Assembly (NCBI GenBank): GCA_015657645.1
Contig: JACDQK010000078.1
Coordinates: 1-61,892 of the forward strand
From: Novosphingobium sp.
Lineage (GTDB): Bacteria > Pseudomonadota > Alphaproteobacteria > Sphingomonadales > Sphingomonadaceae
Direction of reading: 5' to 3'
DNA: 61,892 nt
The position numbers were made by a program, and so were the translations under genes. Shown here piece by piece: positions 39,097 to 48,685 of this stretch (positions within the stretch are counted from its first letter, which is position 1; every line of letters starts with the position of its first letter). Below the pieces are notes generated by a model that had not been told where the DNA came from, did not search any database, and saw only the letters and a list, made by a program, of their open reading frames with translations.

Positions 39097-40394
39097 CTCG
39101 CGGTAAAGCGCAGCGGCAGGGTCTTCAGCCCGCCGACGAAGGTGCTCTTGGCGCGGCGGGGTTCGCCGGCCAGTTCGACCGTCTCGATCCGGTCGAGCAG
39201 GGCTTCGAACAGCAGCCGCATTTCCAGCCGGGCGAGGTGCAGGCCGAGGCACTGGTGCGCCCCCGCGCCGAAGGCCAGGTGGCGGTTGGCTTCGCGCGTT
39301 GCATCGAACCGGCGCGGCTCGGGGAACTGGGCCGGATCGTGGTTGGCGGCGACATAGTTGATCATCAGCCAGTCACCGGCCTTGACCGTGACATCGCCGA
39401 ACTGGGTGTCTTCAGTGGCGGTGCGCATGAAGTGCTGGACCGGGCTGGTCCAGCGGATCGCTTCCTCGACGATGCCGGGCACCAGGCTGCGGTCAGCCTT
39501 GACCCGGGCGAACTGCTCGGGATCGCGGGCCAGGGCGAGCATGGCCCCGGCGGTGCTGGCGCTGGTCGTGTCATGCCCGGCAGCGGCGACGATGATGTAA
39601 TAGCCGGCCCGGTCGCGCGCCGAGATCGGCTCGCCATCGATCATCGCCGTCGCCAGGATCGTTGCGACATCGCTGGTCGGGTTGGCCCGACGCTGGTCGG
39701 CCAGACCTTCGAAATAGGCCTCGAAATCCTTCACCGCGCCCGAGACGATCTGGAGGATCTGTTCGGGCGAGAGGTTGGCGAGGCCGCTCTTGTTGAGGTC
39801 CTCGTCCTGCCCGCCGAACATCTGCTGGGTCAGGAACAGCATCCGCGGCTCGTCTTCCTCGGGCACGCCGAGGATCTGCATGACGACGTGGAGCGGATAG
39901 GGCGCCGCGACATGAGTAACGAAATCGGCTTCCGGGCCAGCCGCCACAAAATTGTCGGCGGTCTTGGCCGCCAGTTCGCGAATCTGTGCTTCGATCGTGC
40001 GCAGGTTCTTGGGCATGAACCAGTCCTGCGTCAGCCGCCGCAGCTTGGTGTGCTTGGGCGCATCGAGCTGGACCAGCGAGGAAACCAGGTTGGGGCTTTC
40101 CTCACCCTGGGCGGCGGTGATCTGCCGGGCAAAGGCTTCGCCGGTCTTGTTGGTGAAGACCGTGGCGCGCGGGGCGTTGAGGAAATGCTGGTTGTCCTTC
40201 GACACCCGCATCGCGTCCTCATAACGGGTCAGCAGCCAGAACGGATCGAAATCGCCATCGGGGCTTTCGATCCGCACCACCGGGCTTTCGCTGCGCAGCC
40301 GGTCGAACACGTCCAGCACCGCATTCCAGTCGGCGTAGGAGGCGGGATCGATTACCGCGATCGCATCGGCGGGGCTGGCGACGGGTCCGGTCAT
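39093..40394 (-). CDS. Cytochrome P450
   Basis: AAGHDTT I-helix, EEAIR ExxR, HLAFGAGAHQCLG heme motif. Confidence 0.95.
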   Translation of the reverse strand: MTGPVASPADAIAVIDPASYADWNAVLDVFDRLRSESPVVRIESPDGDFDPFWLLTRYEDAMRVSKDNQHFLNAPRATVFTNKTGEAFARQITAAQGEESPNLVSSLVQLDAPKHTKLRRLTQDWFMPKNLRTIEAQIRELAAKTADNFVAAGPEADFVTHVAAPYPLHVVMQILGVPEEDEPRMLFLTQQMFGGQDEDLNKSGLANLSPEQILQIVSGAVKDFEAYFEGLADQRRANPTSDVATILATAMIDGEPISARDRAGYYIIVAAAGHDTTSASTAGAMLALARDPEQFARVKADRSLVPGIVEEAIRWTSPVQHFMRTATEDTQFGDVTVKAGDWLMINYVAANHDPAQFPEPRRFDATREANRHLAFGAGAHQCLGLHLARLEMRLLFEALLDRIETVELAGEPRRAKSTFVGGLKTLPLRFTAS

Positions 40395-40398
40395 CGGC

Positions 40399-41949
40399 TT
40401 ACCCTTGCGCCTGGGCAGCTTCATAGGCGGCCTTGTATTCATCGCGCAGCAGCCGCTTGTAGAGCTTGCCGGTAAGTTCGCGCGGGAGCTGTTCGCGGAA
40501 ATCGATCTGGCGCGGCATCTTCACGCGGCTGAGCTGGCCCGAAAGGTACTCGCGGATCTCGTCCGCCAGCGCTTCCCCGGCCTGGCTCATGTCGAGCGGC
40601 TGGATCACCGCGACGACCTTTTCGCCCATTTCCGGATCGGGCGCGCCGATCACGGCGGCATCGGCCACCTTGGGGTGGGTAACCAGCAGGTTCTCGATCT
40701 CCTGCGGGTAGATGTTGACCCCGCCCGAAATGATCATGAAGCTCTTGCGGTCGGTCAGGAACAGGTAGCCGTCCTCATCCTGATAACCGACATCGCCCAG
40801 GCTCGACCAACCGTGCTTGTTGCGCGCGTCGGCGGTTTTGGCAGGATCGTTGTGGTATTCGAATGGGACCATGCCTTCGGTTGGCTCGAAGAAGATCTGG
40901 CCTTCGGTGCCGCGCGGCAGTTCATTGCCGTCCTCGTCGCAAACGCGGATGATTCCGGTCAGCGCCTTGCCAACCGTGCCGGGCTTGGTCAGCCATTCCG
41001 GGCTGGCGACGAAGGTAAAGCCGTTGCCTTCGGTCCCGGCGTAATATTCGTAGATCACCGGGCCCCACCAGTCGATCATCGCCTGTTTGACCGGCACCGG
41101 GCAGGGCGCCGCAGCGTGGATCGCGCACTTCATGGTCGAGGTATCGTACTTCTTGCGGACTTCCTCGGGCAGCTTGAGCATGCGCACGAAATGCGTCGGC
41201 ACGAACTGGCTGTCGGTGATCTTGTACTTCTCGATCGCCGCCAGCGCGGCTTCGGGATCGAACTTTTCCATCACCACCACGGTGCCGCCGACCTTCTGTA
41301 CGGTCATCGACCAGCGCAGCGGGGCGGCGTGATAGAGCGGCGCCGGGGTCAGGTAGACGGCATCGGGCTTGATCCCGAAGGCCATCAGGATCAGCCCGAC
41401 CAGGGCATTGGCCTGATCGATCGCCGGGTCCTCGGGCAGCGGGATCTTCACCCCCTTGGGGCGGCCGGTGGTGCCGGAGGAATAGAGCATGTCGACCCCG
41501 GCGCGCTCGTCGGCGATCGGGGTATCGGGCATGGCCGCCAGGGCATCCTCGGCCGACATCGCGCCGGGCGTGTCGAAGCGCAGCTGCTCCACGCCGGGGG
41601 CCAGCTTGGCCACTTCATCCAGCGTCGGGGCGAGATAGGCCGAACCGAACAGGATCTTCGCGCCGCTGTCTTCCAGGATATAGGCAATCTCGGGCGGGGT
41701 CAGGCGGCTGGAAATGCCGACATAGTGCACGCCCGAACGCTGGAAACCCCAGGTCAGGCAGAAGAACCACGGGTGGTTCTCCATGCAGATCGCGACCGTA
41801 TCGCCGATCTTGATTCCGCGCGTGCGCAGCAGCTGGGCAACCTGATTGGACCGGCGGTCAAGCTCGGCAAAAGTGACCGTCTCGCCGCTGCCGGCCATGA
41901 TGATCGCGGGGCGGTCGGGATTGGTCTTGGCGTGGATCGACGGGTGCAT
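40399..41949 (-). CDS. Acyl-CoA synthetase (AMP-forming)
   Basis: YSSGTTGRPKG, YYAGTE, GDVGY, TGKLYKR. Confidence 0.93.
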   Translation of the reverse strand: MHPSIHAKTNPDRPAIIMAGSGETVTFAELDRRSNQVAQLLRTRGIKIGDTVAICMENHPWFFCLTWGFQRSGVHYVGISSRLTPPEIAYILEDSGAKILFGSAYLAPTLDEVAKLAPGVEQLRFDTPGAMSAEDALAAMPDTPIADERAGVDMLYSSGTTGRPKGVKIPLPEDPAIDQANALVGLILMAFGIKPDAVYLTPAPLYHAAPLRWSMTVQKVGGTVVVMEKFDPEAALAAIEKYKITDSQFVPTHFVRMLKLPEEVRKKYDTSTMKCAIHAAAPCPVPVKQAMIDWWGPVIYEYYAGTEGNGFTFVASPEWLTKPGTVGKALTGIIRVCDEDGNELPRGTEGQIFFEPTEGMVPFEYHNDPAKTADARNKHGWSSLGDVGYQDEDGYLFLTDRKSFMIISGGVNIYPQEIENLLVTHPKVADAAVIGAPDPEMGEKVVAVIQPLDMSQAGEALADEIREYLSGQLSRVKMPRQIDFREQLPRELTGKLYKRLLRDEYKAAYEAAQAQG

Positions 41950-41994
41950 CGGGAATCACTCTCCAGTGGTGGCGGTTACCATCCGGGAGAGACT

Positions 41995-42012
41995 TTTAAC
42001 CGGCCGATTAAA
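41995..42012. promoter_or_regulatory. Operator-like palindrome TTTAACCGG/CCGATTAAA
   Basis: 18-bp inverted repeat with one mismatch, about 45 bp upstream of the acyl-CoA ligase-P450 operon. Confidence 0.45.
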
Positions 42013-42050
42013 CCCGGCAAGCGCAAAAGGACGTTGCGCGGCCTTAAGAC

Positions 42051-42082
42051 AAAGAAAAAGGGCGGCGGTTGCCCGTCGCCCT
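42051..42082 (-). terminator. Rho-independent terminator of the M23 gene
   Basis: Minus strand AGGGCGACGG-GCAA-CCGCCGCCCT-TTTTCTTT. Confidence 0.75.
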
Positions 42083-42107
42083 GCTTCTTAGCGTCTGAAA
42101 GCGCTGC

Positions 42108-42782
42108 TTACTTGCTGCCGCCCTTGGCGGTTTCGCCGTCCGCGTCATTGGCGGCCAGGGTGCCGGTCCAGGCATCGCCCTGCATGTAGGGCACCGGGTT
42201 CACGGCAGTGCCGGCGATGCGGACTTCATAGTGCAGGTGCGGGCCGGTCGAGCGGCCGGTCGAACCGACGTAGCCGATCAGGTCACCCTTCTTGACGACC
42301 TGACCTTCGGCAACGTTGAGGCGCGAAAGGTGGCCATAGCGGGTTTCGAGCTGCGCGCCGTGATCGAGCGAGATGAACAGGCCGTAGCTGGAGAACCAGT
42401 CAGCGCGGGTCACCACGGCATCGGCGGTGGCATAGATCGGGGTGCCGACCGGGCTGGCCAGGTCAATGCCCTTGTGGCCGCGGCGGCCGCCGAGCACCGG
42501 GTGGGTGCGCATGCCAAAACCGCTGGTCAGCGCGGCGCCTTCCAGCGGCATGCGTGACGGGATCGAAACGGTGCGGGGACGGGCGATCGGGGCCGAAGCG
42601 ACCGAGGTGCCATTCCACGAAGCGAACAGGCGGCGGAATTCCTCATCACCACCACGCACGCCGGACTTGGCGGCCTGGGCTTCACGCAGCGGAGCAGCAA
42701 TATCGGCTGCAGTCGCGCTGGCATTGGCGAGAGCCGGAGTGGCAAGTCCAAGGCTGGCAAGCGCGGCGAGAGCGCCGATCAT
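42108..42782 (-). CDS. M23-family peptidoglycan metalloendopeptidase (start uncertain)
   Basis: HKGIDL, YGHL, STGPHLHYE; signal-peptide-like N-terminus. Confidence 0.9.
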   Translation of the reverse strand: MIGALAALASLGLATPALANASATAADIAAPLREAQAAKSGVRGGDEEFRRLFASWNGTSVASAPIARPRTVSIPSRMPLEGAALTSGFGMRTHPVLGGRRGHKGIDLASPVGTPIYATADAVVTRADWFSSYGLFISLDHGAQLETRYGHLSRLNVAEGQVVKKGDLIGYVGSTGRSTGPHLHYEVRIAGTAVNPVPYMQGDAWTGTLAANDADGETAKGGSK

Positions 42783-42964
42783 GCTGCGAACCTTGGCAAA
42801 AATCGAAAAAAACGACCACTTAAAAACCTTACAGTTAAGCGGGCCAATCGTTACCGATCGGTCCACCCGGACCCTGTTTGCATTGCCTGCCACAAAGGCC
42901 CGCAACCCGTTTATATGAGATGGTCGGAACCCCCCGCCGTCTCGTTGATTTGGTTAAAGCCGCG

Positions 42965-43762
42965 TCACGGCGATGTCGCAACCCCTGCGTAGAAAGAGCG
43001 CGATAAACCGGCAGCGAGACGCGCTGAGTCGTTGAACGGCGGCTTAACGGACCCCCTGAAATGAGTCGCCACCAAGGTTTTCCATAGGATTTCTGCGGAT
43101 TCGCCGCGAGATTCGCAAACTGCGGCGAAATGCTTTGTGCCGAATCGAACGTGGGCGATTTCATCGTCAAGGATTCGTTCGAGGATTCGCGCGCCGGTCT
43201 CGTCGCCAAAGCCGCGGATCCGCTCGAGCGTGGCCGGTGTCACATCCAGCCCGCGCGCCTCGAGCACCATCGGCACCACGGCGAGCCGGGCGGCAACATC
43301 GTGGCGCGTTTCGAAGGCGGCATCCCATAGCCCGTCGTGCGCGGGCAGCGCGCCGTAATGCGATCCCAGGCTGCGCAGCCGCCGCGCCAGCAGGGCGAAA
43401 TGCATCGCCTCGTCCGCCGCGACCGAAAGGAAGTCAGAGACGAAGTCCGGCCCCATCTCCGCCCCGAACCGCCCGGCCATATCGAGCGCCAGGTCGATCG
43501 CGACGAATTCAATGTGGGCCAGCGAATGCCACAGGGCGATCCGCCCGCGTTCCGACCCGGCCTTGTTGCGCTTGGGCATCTGATTGGGCGGCAGCAATTC
43601 CGGCCGCGCGGGGCGCGCCGGCCGATCCGGCATCGCGCAGTCGAACACGAAGGCCAGTCGGCCCGCCGCCCAGTCCCGCGCCACGGCGCGGGCGGCAAAG
43701 GCCTTGTCGCTCGGCTCCGCCGTCAGCAGCGCAGCGCGGATCGCGGCGGAGACGGAGTTCAC
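42965..43762 (-). CDS. Ferritin-like DUF455 protein
   Basis: HSLAHIEFVAIDLA, DEAMHF, VLEARGLD, DEIAHV; GTGA overlap with bcp. Confidence 0.88.
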   Translation of the reverse strand: MNSVSAAIRAALLTAEPSDKAFAARAVARDWAAGRLAFVFDCAMPDRPARPARPELLPPNQMPKRNKAGSERGRIALWHSLAHIEFVAIDLALDMAGRFGAEMGPDFVSDFLSVAADEAMHFALLARRLRSLGSHYGALPAHDGLWDAAFETRHDVAARLAVVPMVLEARGLDVTPATLERIRGFGDETGARILERILDDEIAHVRFGTKHFAAVCESRGESAEILWKTLVATHFRGSVKPPFNDSARLAAGLSRSFYAGVATSP

Positions 43763-44229
43763 AGCGCTTTGGCGGCTTCCAGCACTTCGGCGGCGTGGCC
43801 CTTGACCTTCACCGGGCTCCAGACCTGCGCCACCTTGCCATCGGCGCCGACCAGCACGGTCGAGCGGACCATGCCCATGTAGGACCGGCCATACATCGAC
43901 TTTTCGGTCCAGAAGCCGAGCGCGTCGGATAGGCCGCCTTCTTCGGGATCGCTGGCCAATGGCGCGGTCAGACCATGCTTGGCGATGAACTTTTCGTGCT
44001 TCTTGGGCGGATCCTTGCTGATCCCCAGCAGCGCCGTGTCGGCCTTGGCGAAATCGGCCGAAAGCGCCGAGAAATCGAGGTTTTCCGTAGTGCAACCGGG
44101 AGTATCGTCCTTGGGATAGAAGAACAGCACCAGCTTCTGTCCGGCAAAATCGGCCGGGCGGACGGTGCTGCCGTCCGGGCTGGTCAGGGCGACGTCGGGC
44201 AGGCTGTCACCGGGGGCAATGGTCATCAT
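43759..44229 (-). CDS. bcp: Peroxiredoxin, BCP/PrxQ family
   Basis: FFYPKDDTPGCTTE motif. Confidence 0.92.
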   Translation of the reverse strand: MMTIAPGDSLPDVALTSPDGSTVRPADFAGQKLVLFFYPKDDTPGCTTENLDFSALSADFAKADTALLGISKDPPKKHEKFIAKHGLTAPLASDPEEGGLSDALGFWTEKSMYGRSYMGMVRSTVLVGADGKVAQVWSPVKVKGHAAEVLEAAKAL

Positions 44230-46940
44230 TCGATCTCCAGCGGTTCACCGAATGTCGCGGCCCAGGCATCAGCCACGGTGCGGCGCGATTCGGTCAGTTT
44301 TTCGGTCAGACAGCGCCAATCGTCGCATTCGCAGGCGCTGGCAAGTACGGCCCTTGCGCCGGGGTCGGGCTCCGTCCCGTCAGGCGCAAGCAGGCGCGAG
44401 GCGATCAGGAAGCGGGCGAGCGTGCGGTGTGCCGAACGGATCGCCGGATCGAGTTTGCCCGCATCGACCAGCCCCGCCAGCGCCGCTGGGATCGACGGCT
44501 CCAACGCGACGTGATCGCGCAGCTGCAGGAAGTGGACGATGAACTCCGCATCGACCAGCCCGCCGCGCGCCAGCTTGACGTCGAGCGGACCCTTGGCGGG
44601 CTTGTGCTGGGCCATGGTGGTGCGCATTTCCAGCACTTCGGTGCGCAGCTTGGCGGGATCGCGGTCCAGCTCGAGTACGCCGCGAATGATCCCGTCCAGT
44701 TCGGTCCGCGCGCCGTCCGAGCCATAGAGCACCCGCGCCCGGGCCAGGGCCATATGCTCCCAGGTCCAGGCCGACTCGCGCTGGTAGCGTTCGAAGGCCT
44801 CAAGGCTGACCGAGATCGGCCCCTGCGCGCCCGAGGGTCGCAACCGGGTGTCGACCTCATAGAGCGCGCCCTCGGCCGTCGGCACTGACAGCGCGACGAT
44901 CACCCGCTGGGCCAGCCGGTTGAAATAGAGCGTCGCGCCCAGCGGCCGCCCGCCATCGCTTTCCGCCGCGTGATCGCCGGTGAACAGGAAGACCACGTCG
45001 AGGTCAGAGGCATGGGTGAGCACTCCGCCGCCCAGCCGGCCATAGCCAACGATCAACAGCTCGCCGCCCGGAACCCGGCCATGGACGCGCTCGAACTCGG
45101 CCGTGGCGGCGCGGGTCAGGACCTGCATCGCCGCCTCGGCCACCCGGCAGAGCGCCTGGCCGATCTCCATGGGATCGCGTGTGCCCTCGATCAATTGGAC
45201 GCCGAGGGCAAAGCGGATCTCGCCGACCTTGCGGCGAACCCGGCCGAGCAGAGCTTCGTAATCGTCACCCACTTCGCTGCGCGCCATGACCTCGGCCAGC
45301 TCCTCGACGGTGCCGGGCAGGTCGAAAGCGCTGGCATCGATCAGCGCGTCAAGCAGGTCTGCCCGCCGCGCCAGGGCATCGGCCAACGGCGGGGCCAGGC
45401 ACAGCACCCGCGCAACCAGATCGGCGAGGCCCGGCCGCGCTTCAAGCAAGCGGAACAGGTTGACCGCGCTCGGCAGGTTGGTGAGCAATTGCTCCCACCT
45501 AAGCAGCGCATGGAGCGGTTCCGGCGCGGCCGCGAAGGCCGCGAGCAGGCGCGGCTGGACCGCATCGAAGGCGGCCCGCGCCGCCTCGCTGCGCAGCACC
45601 CGCAATTTGCCGCCGCGCCAACCTTCGATCCGGGCAGCCAGTGCCTCGGGTTCGGGAAAGCCCAGCCGCTCGATCTCTGCGGCCAGCGCCGCGCCGCTGC
45701 GCGGGGCGGAGACGGCGACGCTGGTCTGTTCGCCGGCATGTTCGGCCACCAGCCGGTCATAGCGCTGGCCGACCGCTTCGGTGATCTCGGCCAGTTCGGC
45801 GACCAGCGCGCCGCCGTCGGTCAGGCCATCGAGCTGCGCGACATTGTCGAGCGCGGCCTGGTCCAGCGGCAGGCTATGGGTCTGCTGATCGGCCACCATC
45901 TGCAGCCGGTGCTCTAGCACCCGCAGCCGGTCATAGCTCTGCCCCAGCAGCGCGGCATCGCTGGCCTCGATAATCCCCGCTTCGGCCAGGGCATCGAGGC
46001 TGGCGCGGGTGCCGCGCAGGCGCAGCGACGGGTTGCGCCCGCCGTGGATCAGCTGGTGGATCTGGGCGAAGAATTCCACCTCGCGAATGCCGCCGCGTCC
46101 TTTCTTGAGGTCAAACCCGGGGCCAGGAGCCTTGGCTCCGTGATGGTTGGCGCGGATACGCCCGGTCAGTCGCCCGACCTCGGCAATCGCCCCGAAATCC
46201 AGGCTTTTCCGCCACACGAACGGCCGGATCGCGGCGAGGAAGGCTTCGCCCGCCGCAATATCCCCGGCGCAGGCCCGCGCCCGGATGAAGGCTGCGCGCT
46301 CCCAGGCCAGCGCAGAGCTCTCGTAATGGCTCAGCGCCCCGCCGATCGGGATCGCCAAGGGGCTGACCTCGCTGGCGGGCCGGAGGCGCAGATCGACGCG
46401 GAAGACATAGCCTTCGGCGTCGACATGGCTCATCAGTTCCATCAGGCTGCGCGCCACCCGCTGCGCCGCTTCGCCGGGCTCATCCCGCTCGCGCCGGGGC
46501 AGCAGGGCGGGATCGTACAGCAGGATCGGATCGATGTCGGAGCTGTAGTTCAGCTCCTGCGCGCCGTGCTTGCCCAGCGCGAGCGCAAGGAACCCGGCTG
46601 GCTCGGCATCGGGCACGCGCTGGCGGATCGCTTCGGCAATCGCGGCATCGAGCGCGCGGTCGGCAAAGGCGGACAGTTCACCCGTCACCCGCAGCAGCGG
46701 GAAGGCCCCGGCGAGATCGCCCACGGCCAGCGCGACGGCCAGCGCCAGCTTCTCGCGCCGCAACGCCGAGCCAACCGACGGCGCGCCTTCGCCCGCAGCC
46801 TTGGCCCAGGCCAGCGCGCCTTCGCTGTCGCCTGCCGCCAGCAAGGCCGCCAGTTCAGGCAGCCGCGCCAGCCCGCGCTCCAGAAAGGGTGCGTGGGCCT
46901 GGGCGCGGGCCAGGGCATGAGTCCAGTCGCCGTTCATCAT
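44226..46940 (-). CDS. glnE: Bifunctional glutamine synthetase adenylyltransferase / adenylyl-removing enzyme
   Basis: GKHGAQELNYSSDID, RVDLRLRP, GRGGIREVEF; second NT domain GRLGGGVLTHASDLD. Confidence 0.93.
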   Translation of the reverse strand: MMNGDWTHALARAQAHAPFLERGLARLPELAALLAAGDSEGALAWAKAAGEGAPSVGSALRREKLALAVALAVGDLAGAFPLLRVTGELSAFADRALDAAIAEAIRQRVPDAEPAGFLALALGKHGAQELNYSSDIDPILLYDPALLPRRERDEPGEAAQRVARSLMELMSHVDAEGYVFRVDLRLRPASEVSPLAIPIGGALSHYESSALAWERAAFIRARACAGDIAAGEAFLAAIRPFVWRKSLDFGAIAEVGRLTGRIRANHHGAKAPGPGFDLKKGRGGIREVEFFAQIHQLIHGGRNPSLRLRGTRASLDALAEAGIIEASDAALLGQSYDRLRVLEHRLQMVADQQTHSLPLDQAALDNVAQLDGLTDGGALVAELAEITEAVGQRYDRLVAEHAGEQTSVAVSAPRSGAALAAEIERLGFPEPEALAARIEGWRGGKLRVLRSEAARAAFDAVQPRLLAAFAAAPEPLHALLRWEQLLTNLPSAVNLFRLLEARPGLADLVARVLCLAPPLADALARRADLLDALIDASAFDLPGTVEELAEVMARSEVGDDYEALLGRVRRKVGEIRFALGVQLIEGTRDPMEIGQALCRVAEAAMQVLTRAATAEFERVHGRVPGGELLIVGYGRLGGGVLTHASDLDVVFLFTGDHAAESDGGRPLGATLYFNRLAQRVIVALSVPTAEGALYEVDTRLRPSGAQGPISVSLEAFERYQRESAWTWEHMALARARVLYGSDGARTELDGIIRGVLELDRDPAKLRTEVLEMRTTMAQHKPAKGPLDVKLARGGLVDAEFIVHFLQLRDHVALEPSIPAALAGLVDAGKLDPAIRSAHRTLARFLIASRLLAPDGTEPDPGARAVLASACECDDWRCLTEKLTESRRTVADAWAATFGEPLEIE

Positions 46941-47014
46941 CCCCGTGCTTGCGAAGGGGGCGGCGCTCTGTCAATCGGCGGAGCATTGACCAGCCCCGAA
47001 AGGTTATCTCGCAG

Positions 47015-48685
47015 ATGAAGCTTCGCGCACTCCTGCTCGCCTCGCTTGCCTTGCCCGCCGCCGTCCAGGCCAAGCCCGCGCCGGTCCCGGCGGTCCCGCC
47101 GGTGGCGCTCAACCAGCCCGCGCTGGTCGAGATGGTGAAGACGCTGTCTTCGGACGAATTCGAAGGCCGCTCCCCCGGAACGGCGGGTGAGGAAAAGACC
47201 GTTGCCTACCTGATCGAGCGGTTCAAGGCGGCGGGGCTGCAACCCGGCAACAAGGGGTCGTGGACCCAGGACGTGCCAACCGTCGAGATCACCGCCAGCA
47301 ACATGGCGGGCCTGGCCATCACCGGCGGGCCGAGCACCATGCTGTTCGCGCCGGGCAAGGATTTCGTCGCCGGCTCCTATCGCGCGGTCGACCGCACCGT
47401 GATTGCCGATGCCGAGCTGGTCTTCGTCGGCTACGGGATCAACGCTCCCGAACTCGGCTGGAACGACTATGCCGGGGTCGACATGAAGGGCAAGGTCGCG
47501 GTGATCCTGGTCAATGATCCGGACTATGAAACCGCCACCGAAGACGGCCCGTTCAAGGGTCGCCGGATGACCTATTATGGCCGCTGGACCTACAAGTTCG
47601 AGGAAGCCGCAAGGCAGGGCGCGCGGGCCGCGCTGATCGTCCACGATACCTTCCCGGCGGCCTATGGCTGGAACGTGGTCGAAAGCTCGTGGACCGGGGC
47701 GCAGTACTTTGTTCAGAAGGCCAACAAGGGCATGGACCAGACCGAGGCCAACGGCTGGATCCAGAAGGGCGTGGCCGAGCAGGTGCTCAAAGCAGCCGGG
47801 CAGGACCTGACCCAGCTGACCGCCGCGGCCAAGCAGAAGGCGTTCAAGGCCGTGCCGCTGGGCCTCAAGGCCAGCCTGAACTTCGACAACACCCAGCGCA
47901 CCGCCATGTCGAAGAACGTGATCGGGATTTTGCCCGGCAAGAAGCGGCCCGACGAATATGTGCTCTACACCGGCCACTGGGATCACCTTGGCCGCTGCAA
48001 GGCCAACGCCAGGGGTGACGACATCTGCAACGGCGCGGTCGACAATGCTACCGGCACGGCCATGCTCGCCGCGATTGCCGAAGCCAACGTCAAGGCTGGC
48101 CCGGCCGATCGCAGTCAGGTGTTCCTGGCGGTCACGCTGGAGGAATCGGGTCTGCTCGGCAGTGAATACTATGCCGCCAACCCGGTCTATCCGCTGGCCA
48201 GGACCGTCGGCGGGGTCAACATGGACGCGCTTTCGCCCGGTTCGCCCTCGCGCGATTACCAGGTGGTCGGCGGGGACAAGAGCGAGCTGACCCGCTACGT
48301 CGCCGCCGTGACCAAGGCGATGGGGCTGGCCCAGTCGCCCGAAAGCGACATCGAGCGCGGGTACTATTACCGTTCGGATCACTTCAGCTTTGCCAAGCGC
48401 GGCGTGCCGATGTTCAACCTGGGCCGCGGCAACGACTGGGTGAACGGCGGCAAGGCGGCGGGCGAAGCGGCGGCCAAGCGCTATAACGCCGAAGCCTATC
48501 ACGGGCCGGAGGACGAGTTCGATCCGGCCTGGGACTGGTCGGGCATGCTGCAGGATGGCGAACTGTTCTATCGCCTCGGCCGCAGTCTGGCGATGAGCGC
48601 TGACTGGCCCAACTGGCACCCGACCGATGAGTTCCGCAGCATTCGCGACAAGAGTCTGGCGACTGGCCGAAAGGGCGCCAAGTAA
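47015..48685 (+). CDS. Exported M28-family aminopeptidase with PA domain
   Basis: Signal peptide; GHWDHLG, NGAVDNATG, EESGLLGS, RSDH. Confidence 0.9.
   Translation: MKLRALLLASLALPAAVQAKPAPVPAVPPVALNQPALVEMVKTLSSDEFEGRSPGTAGEEKTVAYLIERFKAAGLQPGNKGSWTQDVPTVEITASNMAGLAITGGPSTMLFAPGKDFVAGSYRAVDRTVIADAELVFVGYGINAPELGWNDYAGVDMKGKVAVILVNDPDYETATEDGPFKGRRMTYYGRWTYKFEEAARQGARAALIVHDTFPAAYGWNVVESSWTGAQYFVQKANKGMDQTEANGWIQKGVAEQVLKAAGQDLTQLTAAAKQKAFKAVPLGLKASLNFDNTQRTAMSKNVIGILPGKKRPDEYVLYTGHWDHLGRCKANARGDDICNGAVDNATGTAMLAAIAEANVKAGPADRSQVFLAVTLEESGLLGSEYYAANPVYPLARTVGGVNMDALSPGSPSRDYQVVGGDKSELTRYVAAVTKAMGLAQSPESDIERGYYYRSDHFSFAKRGVPMFNLGRGNDWVNGGKAAGEAAAKRYNAEAYHGPEDEFDPAWDWSGMLQDGELFYRLGRSLAMSADWPNWHPTDEFRSIRDKSLATGRKGAK

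Noticed and set aside
41996-42011. Full CtrA box upstream of the acyl-CoA ligase
   Set aside because: Spacing is TTAA-N8-TTAA rather than N7; kept only as a generic palindrome
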